From Candidatus Woesearchaeota archaeon (GTDB taxonomy: Archaea; Nanobdellota; Nanobdellia; Pacearchaeales; GW2011-AR1), in contig CAZAIT010000002.1 in assembly GCA_964485325.1 (NCBI GenBank), positions 1 through 55,086 on the forward strand: DNA of 55,086 nucleotides, written 5' to 3'. Position numbers and translations under genes: made by a program. The notes under the pieces are model-generated. The model was not told the DNA's origin. It saw only the letters and a list, made by a program, of their open reading frames with translations, and did not search any database. Position 1 is the first letter of the stretch, and each line of letters starts with the position of its first letter. Below, in pieces: positions 34,869 to 44,511 of the stretch.

Positions 34869-35258
34869 ATGATTAATTTTAGAGAATTTGTGACTTCTTC
34901 AGGACTGAAAGTTCTTGGAGGAAGAGATGCAGAGAATAATGATAAATTAGTTTGGGAAGCCAAAGCCAAAGATATCTTATTGCATACTAGCGCGCCTGGT
35001 AGTCCGTTTGTGAATATCGGAGAAAATTCTTCTAAAAAAGATATTAAAGAGTCGGCAGTTTTTTGTGCTAAGTATTCTCAGGATTGGAGAGATAGTAAAC
35101 GAGATGTAATTGTTAATAAATTTTTGAGAAGTAATATGAATAAAGATAAAAAAATGAAGGCTGGAAGTTGGAATGTTTCAAAACAGGAGAATATAAAAGT
35201 CAAGAAGAGCGATATTTTAAAACTGGAGAAAAGTTTAGAAGAAAATGAGACAGCTTAA
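34869..35258 (+). CDS. stand-alone NFACT-R/DUF814-like protein
   Basis: The pattern GLKVLGGRDAENNDKL...LLHTSAPGSPFV matches DUF814 from memory. Confidence 0.5.
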   Translation: MINFREFVTSSGLKVLGGRDAENNDKLVWEAKAKDILLHTSAPGSPFVNIGENSSKKDIKESAVFCAKYSQDWRDSKRDVIVNKFLRSNMNKDKKMKAGSWNVSKQENIKVKKSDILKLEKSLEENETA

Positions 35259-35490
35259 AAAATTACAAATGGGGAAGAACGGACTTAGCGATGCTTTTTT
35301 GGAGCAAGTTAAAACTGTTTTGGAAACTGAGAAGGTTTTGAAAATTTCTATTTTAAAATCGGCATGTAGAGATAAGGCTGAAGCTAAAGAGATTGCGGAA
35401 AAGTTAATTGGAGAGTTGGGTTCAAAATATAATTATAGATTAGTTGGATACGTAATAACTATTGTTAAGTTCCGTAAAGCTCAGCGTTAA
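35245..35490 (+). CDS. YhbY/CRM-domain RNA-binding protein
   Basis: LQMGKNGLSDAFLEQVKTVLETEKVLKISIL pattern. It overlaps the upstream gene by 14 nt. Confidence 0.6.
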   Translation: MRQLKKLQMGKNGLSDAFLEQVKTVLETEKVLKISILKSACRDKAEAKEIAEKLIGELGSKYNYRLVGYVITIVKFRKAQR

Positions 35491-35573
35491 ATTTATAAAG
35501 CGAATTTCTAACAAGATATTAGGTTAATGAGCTTATGCTTATCTATCTCTGAAAAGAGAGCCTGTATAAAAAT

Positions 35574-36125
35574 ATGGCAAGAACAATATTTACAAAGGAT
35601 CCTGTGAAATTTATCCCAGCTTTAGCTGAGGCTTTAAAGGGGATGGAAGAATTTGCCGTTCCTGAATGGGCACATTTTGTAAAGTCTGGTGTTTCTAGAG
35701 AGAGACCTCCTGTGGATGATAATTTCTGGTATATTAGAGCGGCGTCAATTTTGAGACAGTTATATATTAGAGGAGTTGTAGGTGTTGGAAGATTGAGAAG
35801 CAAATATGGTTCAAGAAAAGATAGAGGAGGAAGACCTGATAAATTTGTAAAGTCTGGTGGAAAAATTATCAGAGTTATTTTACAGCAAGCTGAAGCAGCT
35901 GGATTAGTTGAAAAAGTTTTAAAATTGCAACATGGTAGAAGATTGACTGCTGCTGGTCGTGATTTATTAGATTCTATTGAAGTAGAGGCAAAGAAAGGAT
36001 TAGATTTTGATGATATGAGTGTTAAACCTGTAGAGATAGTGGAACAAAATACTGACGAAGAATCTTCCGAGGAAATTTCAGAAGATGTTGAAGAAAATAT
36101 GGAGAATATAGAAGATGTCGAGTAG
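35574..36125 (+). CDS. rps19e: ribosomal protein S19e
   Basis: VPEWAHFVKSGVSRERPP..WYIRAASILR motif, with an acidic C-terminal extension. Confidence 0.9.
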   Translation: MARTIFTKDPVKFIPALAEALKGMEEFAVPEWAHFVKSGVSRERPPVDDNFWYIRAASILRQLYIRGVVGVGRLRSKYGSRKDRGGRPDKFVKSGGKIIRVILQQAEAAGLVEKVLKLQHGRRLTAAGRDLLDSIEVEAKKGLDFDDMSVKPVEIVEQNTDEESSEEISEDVEENMENIEDVE

Positions 36126-36330
36126 AAAATTTAAAGCTCATAGTAGCAAGAAAAGACATTTAGATAGGGCTCAGAGACAAACTAATTGGGCACCTTTTTG
36201 GACTGTTTTGAAAAAATATGGAAAAGGTAAGAAAATTCATCCTTCTAAGATTACTCACGTTAAGAGATCTTGGCAAAAAAGTAAACTAAAAATTAAGCCA
36301 AGAAAAATGGCTAAGAAGAACTTAGGATAA
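36115..36330 (+). CDS. rpl39e: ribosomal protein L39e
   Basis: KKRHLDRAQRQTNWAPFW...HPSK...RSWQKSKLKIK pattern. It overlaps S19e by 11 nt. Confidence 0.75.
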   Translation: MSSRKFKAHSSKKRHLDRAQRQTNWAPFWTVLKKYGKGKKIHPSKITHVKRSWQKSKLKIKPRKMAKKNLG

Positions 36331-36384
36331 AGTAGGTTTGGAGAACCTTTATGTTTTCATTTATTGAAAACTCAAAAATAAAAA

Positions 36385-37104
36385 ATGGCAGAAGAAAAGA
36401 AAATTGAAGTTGAAAAAGAAGTAAAAAAACTTGAAGAGTTTAAAGATAGCGATGAGAACAAAGCAGCTCTTGTTGAGAATGATAGCAAGAAAAAAGTAGA
36501 GAAAGAATCGAAACCTGTGTCTACAGCGAAAGTTAAATCTAATAAAGAAAGTAAGAAAGAAGTTATCGAGTTAGAACGAGAATATATTGTTCCGTTAAAG
36601 CGAGGTGTTTTGAATGTTCCTCAATATAGAAGAGCTAAGAAAGCGGTTAGGGTTTTAAAAGAATTTATTGTTAAACATATGCAAGTTAGAGATAGGGATT
36701 TAAGTAAAGTTAAAATTGATATGTATTTGAATAATGAGTTATGGTTCAGAGGAATTAAAAAACCGGCAAATAAAATTAAAGTCAAGGCAAAGAAGATTGC
36801 TGGAATTGTTTATGTTGAATTAGCGGAAATTCCAAAAGTTGTTGGATATAAAATAGCTCATGCTGAAAAACTGAAAGCTAAAGCTCTCGCAGGAAAAGTA
36901 AAACCTTCTAAGCAGGATAAAAAGCCAGAGGAAGAAGATAAAGATAAGGATGGCGTTAACGATAAATTAGAAGAAAAAGAAAGCGGTAAAGCCGTCGCAG
37001 AGAAAGCGGCTAAAGTAGAAAAAACTGCTGTGAATATTCAAAAACATACTGCTCAAGGTAAGCATTCTAAAAATGTTACTCCGGTTCGTAAGGTTTTGAA
37101 ATAA
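36385..37104 (+). CDS. rpl31e: ribosomal protein L31e with long K/E-rich N- and C-terminal extensions
   Basis: The core REYIVPLKRG...RAKKAVRVLKEF...VKIDMYLNNELWFRGIKKP is L31e. The total of 239 aa is far longer than typical. Confidence 0.8.
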   Translation: MAEEKKIEVEKEVKKLEEFKDSDENKAALVENDSKKKVEKESKPVSTAKVKSNKESKKEVIELEREYIVPLKRGVLNVPQYRRAKKAVRVLKEFIVKHMQVRDRDLSKVKIDMYLNNELWFRGIKKPANKIKVKAKKIAGIVYVELAEIPKVVGYKIAHAEKLKAKALAGKVKPSKQDKKPEEEDKDKDGVNDKLEEKESGKAVAEKAAKVEKTAVNIQKHTAQGKHSKNVTPVRKVLK

Positions 37105-37134
37105 GTTTTTAAGTTAGTTTAGTTTTAGTTTTTT

Positions 37135-37836
37135 ATGAAATATATTAGAAAAGAGTTGCGTAAATGTTCTGATATTGATAGAGCGAAGAATTGTCAAAGA
37201 TTTTTTAAAACGGGCTCAGGTCAGTATGGCGAAGGCGATATTTTTATTGGAGTTACTACTCCCGATATAAGAAAAATTGTTAAAAATTCTGTTAGTCGTG
37301 TTAATTTAAAAAATGTTAAAGAGTTGATTAATTCTAAAATACACGAAGAAAGATTAACTGGAGTTTTAATTTTAGTTGAGATGTTTAAAAAAAGCCAGAA
37401 GGAAATATATGATTTTTATTTAGAAAATTCTAAGGGTGTAAATAATTGGGATTTGGTTGATTTATCAGCCCCTAAAATTGTTGGAACCTTTTTGTTGGAT
37501 AAATCAGATAGGAATATCTTATACAAACTTGCCACTTCTAAGAATTTGTGGGATAAGCGAATAAGTATTGTTTCTACTTATGCATTTATTCGAGCTGGAG
37601 AGTTTAAAGATACATTAAAAATTTCTAAAATATTGCTTAAAGATTCTCATGATTTGATACATAAGGCTGTTGGCTGGATGCTTAGGGAAGTTGGAAAGAG
37701 AGATGCAGAAATTCTAAAGAAATTTTTGAGAGATAATTATAACGAGTTATCCAGAACAACTTTGAGATATGCTATTGAAAGATTTCCAGAGGATTTAAGA
37801 AAGGAATATCTGTTGGGTAAATATGAAAGAAATTAA
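37135..37836 (+). CDS. DNA alkylation repair protein (AlkC/AlkD-like HEAT repeat)
   Basis: RAKNCQRFFKTG...GDIFIGVTTPDIRKI and WDLVD motifs. Confidence 0.65.
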   Translation: MKYIRKELRKCSDIDRAKNCQRFFKTGSGQYGEGDIFIGVTTPDIRKIVKNSVSRVNLKNVKELINSKIHEERLTGVLILVEMFKKSQKEIYDFYLENSKGVNNWDLVDLSAPKIVGTFLLDKSDRNILYKLATSKNLWDKRISIVSTYAFIRAGEFKDTLKISKILLKDSHDLIHKAVGWMLREVGKRDAEILKKFLRDNYNELSRTTLRYAIERFPEDLRKEYLLGKYERN

Positions 37837-38668
37837 AGATTTATTGAATTTTAGTTTGATTAATATAGATAAGCCAGCTGGCCCTACATCCTATTCCGTT
37901 TCGGAATTTTTGAAGCGACAATTAAAATTAAAGAAAACTTCTCACATGGGGACTCTTGATCCTAAAGTTACGGGAGTTTTACCAATTACACTTGGAAGAG
38001 CTTGTAAGTTGGCTGATTATTTTATTAAACACGATAAGACTTATGTGGGTATTTTACATACGCATAATGAGCAGGATATTGAGAAGTTGCAAGGTTTGAT
38101 TGATGAAAATTTTGTTGGTAAGATAAAACAAACACCACCTCATCGCTCAGCGGTGAAAAGAGAGGAAAGAGAGAGGACTGTCTATAATTGGGAGTTTTTA
38201 GAAGTGTCAAATGATAAGCGTGATTTTTTATTTGAGTGTAAAGTGGAAGGGGGAACGTATATTAGAAAATTGTGTTCAGACTTGGGAGAGATGATTGGAG
38301 GTGCTCATATGGGAGATTTGAGAAGGACTGAAGCAGGAATTTTCGATGAAAGTAGTATAATTAATCTATTTGATTTTAAATCGGCTATTGATAAATATAA
38401 AAATGGGAATGAGGAACCTCTTAGGAAGATGTTAGTTCCCGCCGAGATTGCTATTAAAAAGGTTTTACCATTCGTTAACATAGATAAAAAGGCGATTAAA
38501 GGTCTTTATATTGGAAAACCGTTATTTAGAGACAGTATAATTAGTGATATTGGTGATATTAAAACTGACGATAGGTTTGCGGTTTTTTGTAAGGATCAAT
38601 TTATTGGTATTTATAGAAGAACTACAGAAGAAATTATTTTTGGAAGAAGTGAATTTGTGTTTAACTGA
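37823..38668 (+). CDS. cbf5: tRNA/rRNA pseudouridine synthase Cbf5 (TruB family)
   Basis: INIDKPAGPTS and HMGTLDPKVTGVLP catalytic Asp motifs, with a PUA-like C-terminus. Confidence 0.85.
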   Translation: MKEIKDLLNFSLINIDKPAGPTSYSVSEFLKRQLKLKKTSHMGTLDPKVTGVLPITLGRACKLADYFIKHDKTYVGILHTHNEQDIEKLQGLIDENFVGKIKQTPPHRSAVKREERERTVYNWEFLEVSNDKRDFLFECKVEGGTYIRKLCSDLGEMIGGAHMGDLRRTEAGIFDESSIINLFDFKSAIDKYKNGNEEPLRKMLVPAEIAIKKVLPFVNIDKKAIKGLYIGKPLFRDSIISDIGDIKTDDRFAVFCKDQFIGIYRRTTEEIIFGRSEFVFN

Positions 38669-38721
38669 TATATACTTTAAAAGATAGATTTATTTTTAAG
38701 TGGAGTTTTCATGAAATTGTT

Positions 38722-40776
38722 ATGGAAAATGATAATGATGATGTAGAAGGTAGTGAGAATATTAATTCCATTAATCAGGATGATTTTTTGATTGAAGCGA
38801 AAGAATTTTTTGAAGTTAATAAGTCGGAAATTGGTAAAGTTGCAAAAGTGGGTAAAAAAGTAGTTGAAATTAGTTTTGAAGATTTTTCGGCACATTCTCC
38901 TTCTTTAGCTGAAAATTTAATTGAAAGACCGGAAGAAACTATCCAGTTACTAGAGATTGCACTTGAAGAGTTAGAATGGGCACCAAATGACGCGAGAGTT
39001 AGATTTACAAGTATAGAGAAAGGTCAGGAACTTTTTATTCGGCATATTCGTTCTAAACATTTAGGGCGGATGATTTCTATTGAAGGAATTGTTAGACAAG
39101 CTTCAGAGGTTCGTCCTTTAGTCACAAATGCAAAATTTGAATGTCCTAGTTGTGGTACAATTATTGCAGTTCTACAAATTGAAAAAAAATTCAAGGAACC
39201 AAGTCGTTGTTCTTGTGGTCGTAGAGGAGGATTTAAAGAAATTTCTAAAGACATGGTAGATGCTCAGGTTTTGACTATTGAAGAAGCTTCTGATAATTTG
39301 CATGGGGGTGAACAACCAAAACGAATGACTATTTTTCTAAAAGAAGATTTGGTTGATCCTAATATGGAAATGAGGACAACTCCGGGTAGTAGGATTAAAC
39401 TTGTTGGGATATTGAAAGAGATTGCCATTTCATCTTCAAGCGGGGCCATGTTAACTCGGTTTGATTTGGCAATAGAAGCTAATAATATTATTCCATTAGA
39501 AGAAAGTTATGAAGATATTGGAATTAGTGAAGAGGACGAAAGAGCTATTAAAGAATTAGCTGGGAGTCCTGATTTTTTAGAAAAAATGGTTGATAGTATT
39601 GCCCCATCTATTTGGGGGCATAAAAATGTTAAGAAAGCTTTGGCCTTTCAGTTATTTGGAGGAGTTAAAAAAACGAGAAGTGATGGTACTAAGATGAGAG
39701 GAGATGTGCATGTTTTATTGGTTGGTGATCCTGGTGTTGCAAAATCAGTTATGCTTGGTTTTATTGCTGGAGTTGCTCCGAAGGCTAGATATATTTCTGG
39801 TAAATCTTCAACTGCTGCAGGTCTAACTGCGAGTGTTGTAAAAGATGATATATTGAAGGGATGGAGTTTGGAGGCTGGGGCTATGGTTCTTGCGAATAAA
39901 GGGATAGTCTGTATTGATGAGTTTGATAAGATGGATGAGGAAGATAGATCTACAATGCATGAAGCTATGGAACAACAAACTATTACAATTACTAAGGCAA
40001 CTGTTCAAGCTACCTTGCGTTCTCAGACGTCGGTATTAGCAGCTGCCAATCCCAAATTTGGACGATTTGATCCGTTGCAATCTATTCCAAAACAGGTTAA
40101 TTTAGCCCCATCTTTACTTTCTCGTTTTGATTGTATTTTTATTATGAGGGACATTCCTGGAAGAGATAGTGATGAGGCTATTGCGAATCATGTTTTGATG
40201 GAACATAGACAAGTTGCCAAACACGATGTGATTGATAACGATTTATTGAAGAAATATATTTCTTATTCTAAGAAAAAATACGATCCAGTTTTAAGTGAGG
40301 AAGCCGTGAAAGTTATGAAAGATTTTTATGTTGGACTTAGAAATATGCCCCAGATTGGAGATGGACCTAGTAAACCAATTCCTATAGGTGCTAGACAGTT
40401 GGAAGCTATAGTCAGGTTGTCGGAAGCTCACGCTAGAATGCGTTTATCTAAGGAGGTTGAAGTGAAAGATGCGGTTGCCGCGGTTGATTTAGTTAGAAGT
40501 TATTTAATGCAAGTTGGTTACGATAAAGATACTAAGACTTTTGATGTTGATAGAATTACTGGAAATCCGGCTTCAGCAAGAAACAAAATCCATATTATAC
40601 AGGATGCTGTAGAGGCTCTTGAGAAAAGGGTTGGAAAAAGAATCCCGTTAGAAGAATTGAATAAATTTCTTGATGGTAAGATGAAACAATCTGAGATTGA
40701 TGAAGCTGTGGGTAAATTATTAGCTTCCGGAGATTTGTTTAGACCTACTCGTGGTTTTATTAGTCAGGCTAGATAA
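38722..40776 (+). CDS. mcm: MCM replicative helicase
   Basis: Zn motif CPSCG...CSCG, Walker A GDPGVAKS, Walker B CIDEFDKM and arginine finger SRFD. I saw no intein-like insertion on reading; the 684-aa length is ordinary for MCM. Confidence 0.95.
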   Translation: MENDNDDVEGSENINSINQDDFLIEAKEFFEVNKSEIGKVAKVGKKVVEISFEDFSAHSPSLAENLIERPEETIQLLEIALEELEWAPNDARVRFTSIEKGQELFIRHIRSKHLGRMISIEGIVRQASEVRPLVTNAKFECPSCGTIIAVLQIEKKFKEPSRCSCGRRGGFKEISKDMVDAQVLTIEEASDNLHGGEQPKRMTIFLKEDLVDPNMEMRTTPGSRIKLVGILKEIAISSSSGAMLTRFDLAIEANNIIPLEESYEDIGISEEDERAIKELAGSPDFLEKMVDSIAPSIWGHKNVKKALAFQLFGGVKKTRSDGTKMRGDVHVLLVGDPGVAKSVMLGFIAGVAPKARYISGKSSTAAGLTASVVKDDILKGWSLEAGAMVLANKGIVCIDEFDKMDEEDRSTMHEAMEQQTITITKATVQATLRSQTSVLAAANPKFGRFDPLQSIPKQVNLAPSLLSRFDCIFIMRDIPGRDSDEAIANHVLMEHRQVAKHDVIDNDLLKKYISYSKKKYDPVLSEEAVKVMKDFYVGLRNMPQIGDGPSKPIPIGARQLEAIVRLSEAHARMRLSKEVEVKDAVAAVDLVRSYLMQVGYDKDTKTFDVDRITGNPASARNKIHIIQDAVEALEKRVGKRIPLEELNKFLDGKMKQSEIDEAVGKLLASGDLFRPTRGFISQAR

Positions 40777-41857
40777 AATCGAAAAAGTTCCCTAAAAATG
40801 TTGTTGCATAGACCCCTGAGGGTAGAGTAAATTCTAACATGATTTTTTTGGAGCCTTCGAATTCTTCGTCATCTAATGTTTCTATTTTTATGTCTTTGAC
40901 TTCAACTACTGCTTTCCTAAAAGAACCTTTCATTCTTAAATAAGATATTTCTTTTATATCGAAATCTTCTAATTTTAGGTTATGGTTTTCTAGAGTTTGT
41001 TGTTCTATTTCTCCTAATCTTCCATCGTAGAATCTGGTTTTGTATCCAACTAGTAAACAGCTAGTTTGCCCCTTTTTTGTAAAATCTAAATTTTCAGAGA
41101 GTGCTTGCCCCAAGATGTCGTTAAATATCTTTGACTGTACGGCATTTACATACATTAGCATATTTTTTCTATCTACTTTTTTTATGGCTCCTAGATAGTC
41201 TCCCCGGTTTCTTTCTAAATAATATTTCATATATTCTCCTTGGCGCTGATTATCTTCAAATATTTTTTTAACAGCTTCTTTAAATTTTCTTTTGAGGATT
41301 AATTTTCCTATATCTACATTATTATTTTTTGTTCCGAATCTTTGTGGCCCAAAGTAGTTTGGAAACCATTCCAGATTTCTAATATGTTTTATTATCCCCA
41401 TGGCATCCTTCTTACTTATATCTCTTAAAATTATTTTGAAGTGATTTGCTTCAAGATATCCCATTTTAATTTTTCTTTTATTCCATTTAAAATTCTTTAA
41501 AATTATTTTAGGATGGTTGAATGATTTTATCTTCTCTAAATCAGGATTAGTTATAGAAATTCTTTGTGATGTCCATGCTCTTTTGTCTTTAGTTCCAGCA
41601 TATCCTATCTCATCATTTCTTTTATTTAAGATTAGTGAGATATCTTTTATTGTAGAGAAGTGGTCTAAATCCTGTTTTTCCATTTCGCAACATAAGAATT
41701 CTTTTGGGGAAGATAAGTCCAGATTTTCTAAATTTGTGTTTAGATTTGGATTAAAATTTTCTGATATTTTAGTTTCCCACTTTTCTCCTACTTCTTCCAC
41801 TATAAAATCTTCAACTTTATGCTTAAGTTTCGCAGGAATAATATCTATATCTTTCAT
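40769..41857 (-). CDS. truD: tRNA pseudouridine synthase TruD/Pus7-like
   Basis: DFIVEEV and GYAGTKDKRAWTSQ motifs. Confidence 0.8.
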   Translation of the reverse strand: MKDIDIIPAKLKHKVEDFIVEEVGEKWETKISENFNPNLNTNLENLDLSSPKEFLCCEMEKQDLDHFSTIKDISLILNKRNDEIGYAGTKDKRAWTSQRISITNPDLEKIKSFNHPKIILKNFKWNKRKIKMGYLEANHFKIILRDISKKDAMGIIKHIRNLEWFPNYFGPQRFGTKNNNVDIGKLILKRKFKEAVKKIFEDNQRQGEYMKYYLERNRGDYLGAIKKVDRKNMLMYVNAVQSKIFNDILGQALSENLDFTKKGQTSCLLVGYKTRFYDGRLGEIEQQTLENHNLKLEDFDIKEISYLRMKGSFRKAVVEVKDIKIETLDDEEFEGSKKIMLEFTLPSGVYATTFLGNFFDFI

Positions 41858-41886
41858 AAAAATAAAAGAAAACTAGAGTATAAAAA

Positions 41887-43254
41887 TCAATCACCCTTTA
41901 CTTGGTCGCTCATAAAAAATACTTTATTGGAATTTGTCTCGTGTATTTTACCTTCTTTTTCAAAAACTGTTAATGCGTTAGGTAGAACAAATTTCCCAAC
42001 AATTCCTACCTTTGAATATACAATATAGTTAAACAATCTCTCCTCTCCTGCATTTAAGTCTCCAATATTCCAATGTAATCTTCTGCTCGCTGCATCTATC
42101 TTATCTGGTTTAACTATTCCAAATTTATTATAGATTTTTACCATAGCTGGAATTTTATCTATCAATGTTACATTTTCGATGTCCTTTTTTGCCTTAACAG
42201 AGATTTGAATCTTTAATGCAAATTGGTTGTTTTTTGTTTTTACATGCGACACAGATTTTTTTATTTCTATTTTGGATTCTGAAAATCTCTTGAATCCTAA
42301 TAGCGTTAATATAGAAACAATTATTATAAGAAACGGTAGAATATAGTTTGTTTTTGCTTTTATTACATATGCTTCTGCTGGGGCCAATTTTTCTTTTATC
42401 CACGTATATTGAATCACTGCACCTTTTCTTTCTATCAGTGTTGGTTCGATATTAAAACTTGTAAAAAGTCTAGAGAAAATATTTCTTTTTGTGTTTATTT
42501 GAATATCTTCTAGAACATTTCCGGAATTTACTTTCATAATGGTTTCGGTCTTAATTAAGAATCCTGATTTATCTTCTGTGGAGGTTATGTCTTTTTTCTC
42601 TCCAAGATAAAGAGTCCCATCAATTTTTTTTGTTCCTATTTTTGTTCGAAATACCGATTCTATAACATAAACTCCAGCCTTTGTTTTTCTCATCTTGTTT
42701 TCGTCTACATCTACTGTTATTTCTAATTTTTCATTTGGTTTTATACTAAATGTTTTTTCGGTTTCAAAGAGGATTGATGAAAATTTTGCAGAAAGATTGT
42801 CTAGTTGAACTGGTTCTTTATTCTGAATATAAAATGAGATTTTCCCAGAAGTTGGTTCAATAGAATCTGAACTTATTTCTATTACATCTTCTAAATTCAT
42901 CAGATTAATTACTATTTTCTCGTCTGTTTTTTCGAAGCCTCTATGATTTAGTGTGTAAGCGAAAGTATAATATCCTTCTATTTCTCTTAAATTCTTTGTC
43001 GGAGCTATAGTAAATTCTTTTTGAAAAGGGTCTTCGTTTATGTAAAACATCTCAGAAGGTTGAATCGAGACATCGGCTAAAGTGTATAAATTATATAGTC
43101 CCCCAGATGCATTTTCAATTTTCAGGTTTAATTTTATTGAATTTTCTAAATCTCGTACAATAATATTTGTGTCATATTCTGCAGACATTTCTAGAGCTGA
43201 GATTGTGCTTAGAAAAAACATCCCCATAATTAAGAATAGTATTGACTTTTTCAT
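41887..43254 (-). CDS. membrane-anchored secreted protein, unknown function
   Basis: Signal peptide MKKSILFLIMGMFFLSTISA, one internal TM segment (ILPFLIIIVSILTLLGF), and a DUF11/CARDB-like C-terminal segment. Confidence 0.55.
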   Translation of the reverse strand: MKKSILFLIMGMFFLSTISALEMSAEYDTNIIVRDLENSIKLNLKIENASGGLYNLYTLADVSIQPSEMFYINEDPFQKEFTIAPTKNLREIEGYYTFAYTLNHRGFEKTDEKIVINLMNLEDVIEISSDSIEPTSGKISFYIQNKEPVQLDNLSAKFSSILFETEKTFSIKPNEKLEITVDVDENKMRKTKAGVYVIESVFRTKIGTKKIDGTLYLGEKKDITSTEDKSGFLIKTETIMKVNSGNVLEDIQINTKRNIFSRLFTSFNIEPTLIERKGAVIQYTWIKEKLAPAEAYVIKAKTNYILPFLIIIVSILTLLGFKRFSESKIEIKKSVSHVKTKNNQFALKIQISVKAKKDIENVTLIDKIPAMVKIYNKFGIVKPDKIDAASRRLHWNIGDLNAGEERLFNYIVYSKVGIVGKFVLPNALTVFEKEGKIHETNSNKVFFMSDQVKGD

Positions 43255-43312
43255 ATAATAAAATATAGAAATTATTTTATAAGCATTGTTGTTGTTTAAT
43301 GATGGTGTTAAA

Positions 43313-43810
43313 CTAACGGGCTGGAATTCTTAAAAATTCTTTTGTATCACTTATTAGTATTTTTGTTTCATCTTCGAGATCATCTTCGTATTCTTTTACG
43401 GTTTTTCTTATAATGTGTTTCTCATAAACAGATCTCATAAATTTTAAAAGAGGGTTATCTTCCCACCTTTTTTCATAATCTTTTATTATTGTTCCTCTAA
43501 AAACTATTTCTATCTCTCCTTTGTTTGTTTTAACTTTTTTCCCATCAATTTCTACTTCGACATCTTGCATTCCTAAGATATGCCAATCTAGTTTAATTTG
43601 GTATTTGAAATAATCTGTAATTTTTCTTTCTGCGGTCCATCTTATAATTATTTCTTTACCGTTTCCCTGAAGTTTTTCATTATAGAGGTCTTCAGTTAAC
43701 TTATAATCTTCGTCTTTAAACCAATCGAATAACATATCATAAAGATCTGTGTATTTCCAATGACCTGTTTGCTTCATCTTTTCCCTGTATACTTCTTTTT
43801 TTTGTACCAT
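43313..43810 (-). CDS. hypothetical protein (165 aa)
   Basis: Clean ORF with genome-typical composition. No motif recognised. Confidence 0.5.
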   Translation of the reverse strand: MVQKKEVYREKMKQTGHWKYTDLYDMLFDWFKDEDYKLTEDLYNEKLQGNGKEIIIRWTAERKITDYFKYQIKLDWHILGMQDVEVEIDGKKVKTNKGEIEIVFRGTIIKDYEKRWEDNPLLKFMRSVYEKHIIRKTVKEYEDDLEDETKILISDTKEFLRIPAR

Positions 43811-43843
43811 CTTAATATTTAATAGAAATAGATTATATAAACA

Positions 43844-44443
43844 TTATCTTTTATTGTAGCAGGTTCCACATAACCACTGAGCCTCATCGTGATATAAAAG
43901 TTCAAATTCTCCACACTCTTCACATATTCCCTGTTTTCTTGGAGCGTTTATATTACTTCTGTTGAGTTTCTCAGTTTCTTCTTTAATTTTGAATGTTTCT
44001 GTTATCATTTCAAATAAACCTGGGTCAATTTTTAAGACGTCTTTTATGGTTAAAAATCCTATTAGCTTTCCATTCTCTACTACAGGAAGACGTTTAACTT
44101 TCTTCTTTTTGAACTTTTCCATTGCGTCAGTTATATCTGCATTTGGTCTTATAGTAACGACTTTCCTTTTCATTAAATCCTTAACTTTGATATTTTTAAG
44201 CTCAGCTTTTGATTTTTTTACAATTGCCCATATAATATCTTTTTCTGTCAAAAGCCCTTTTAATTTTCCGTTATCTTGTATAATAAGGCTACCAACTCTT
44301 TTCTTAACCATAGTTTGAGCACATTTTTTTAAATCTGTGTCTGGACTAACGTGGATGAAATTCCTTGTCATCAAATCTCCAACTTTTACACCGGTATTCA
44401 TATTTACATTAGGTGATATATGTTTAAATATATTTAGTAGCAT
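43844..44443 (-). CDS. CBS-pair domain protein with C-terminal zinc ribbon
   Basis: Two CBS repeats (VGDLMTRNFIHV..., VKDLMKRKVVTI...) and CEECG...CGTC. Confidence 0.75.
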   Translation of the reverse strand: MLLNIFKHISPNVNMNTGVKVGDLMTRNFIHVSPDTDLKKCAQTMVKKRVGSLIIQDNGKLKGLLTEKDIIWAIVKKSKAELKNIKVKDLMKRKVVTIRPNADITDAMEKFKKKKVKRLPVVENGKLIGFLTIKDVLKIDPGLFEMITETFKIKEETEKLNRSNINAPRKQGICEECGEFELLYHDEAQWLCGTCYNKR

Positions 44444-44483
44444 TTTACGATGACAGTTTGAGCCTAGTCAATCACAATAATCC

Positions 44484-44491
44484 TTATAAAG
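44484..44491 (+). promoter_or_regulatory. TATA-like box upstream of the thermosome gene
   Basis: CTTATAAAG is centred about 25 nt upstream of the ATG at 44512. Confidence 0.4.
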
Positions 44492-44511
44492 AATTTTAGT
44501 GATTTTTGGAT

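Noticed and set aside
38722-40776. Possible inteins in MCM (also considered for RadA and the DNA ligase)
   Set aside because: The lengths are normal and the conserved motifs are contiguous. No Cys/Ser...HN splice-junction insert was seen.
43962-44318. 118-aa plus-strand ORF, and the 78-aa ORF at 44496-44732 (minus strand)
   Set aside because: They are antisense to the CBS-domain gene and the thermosome gene respectively.
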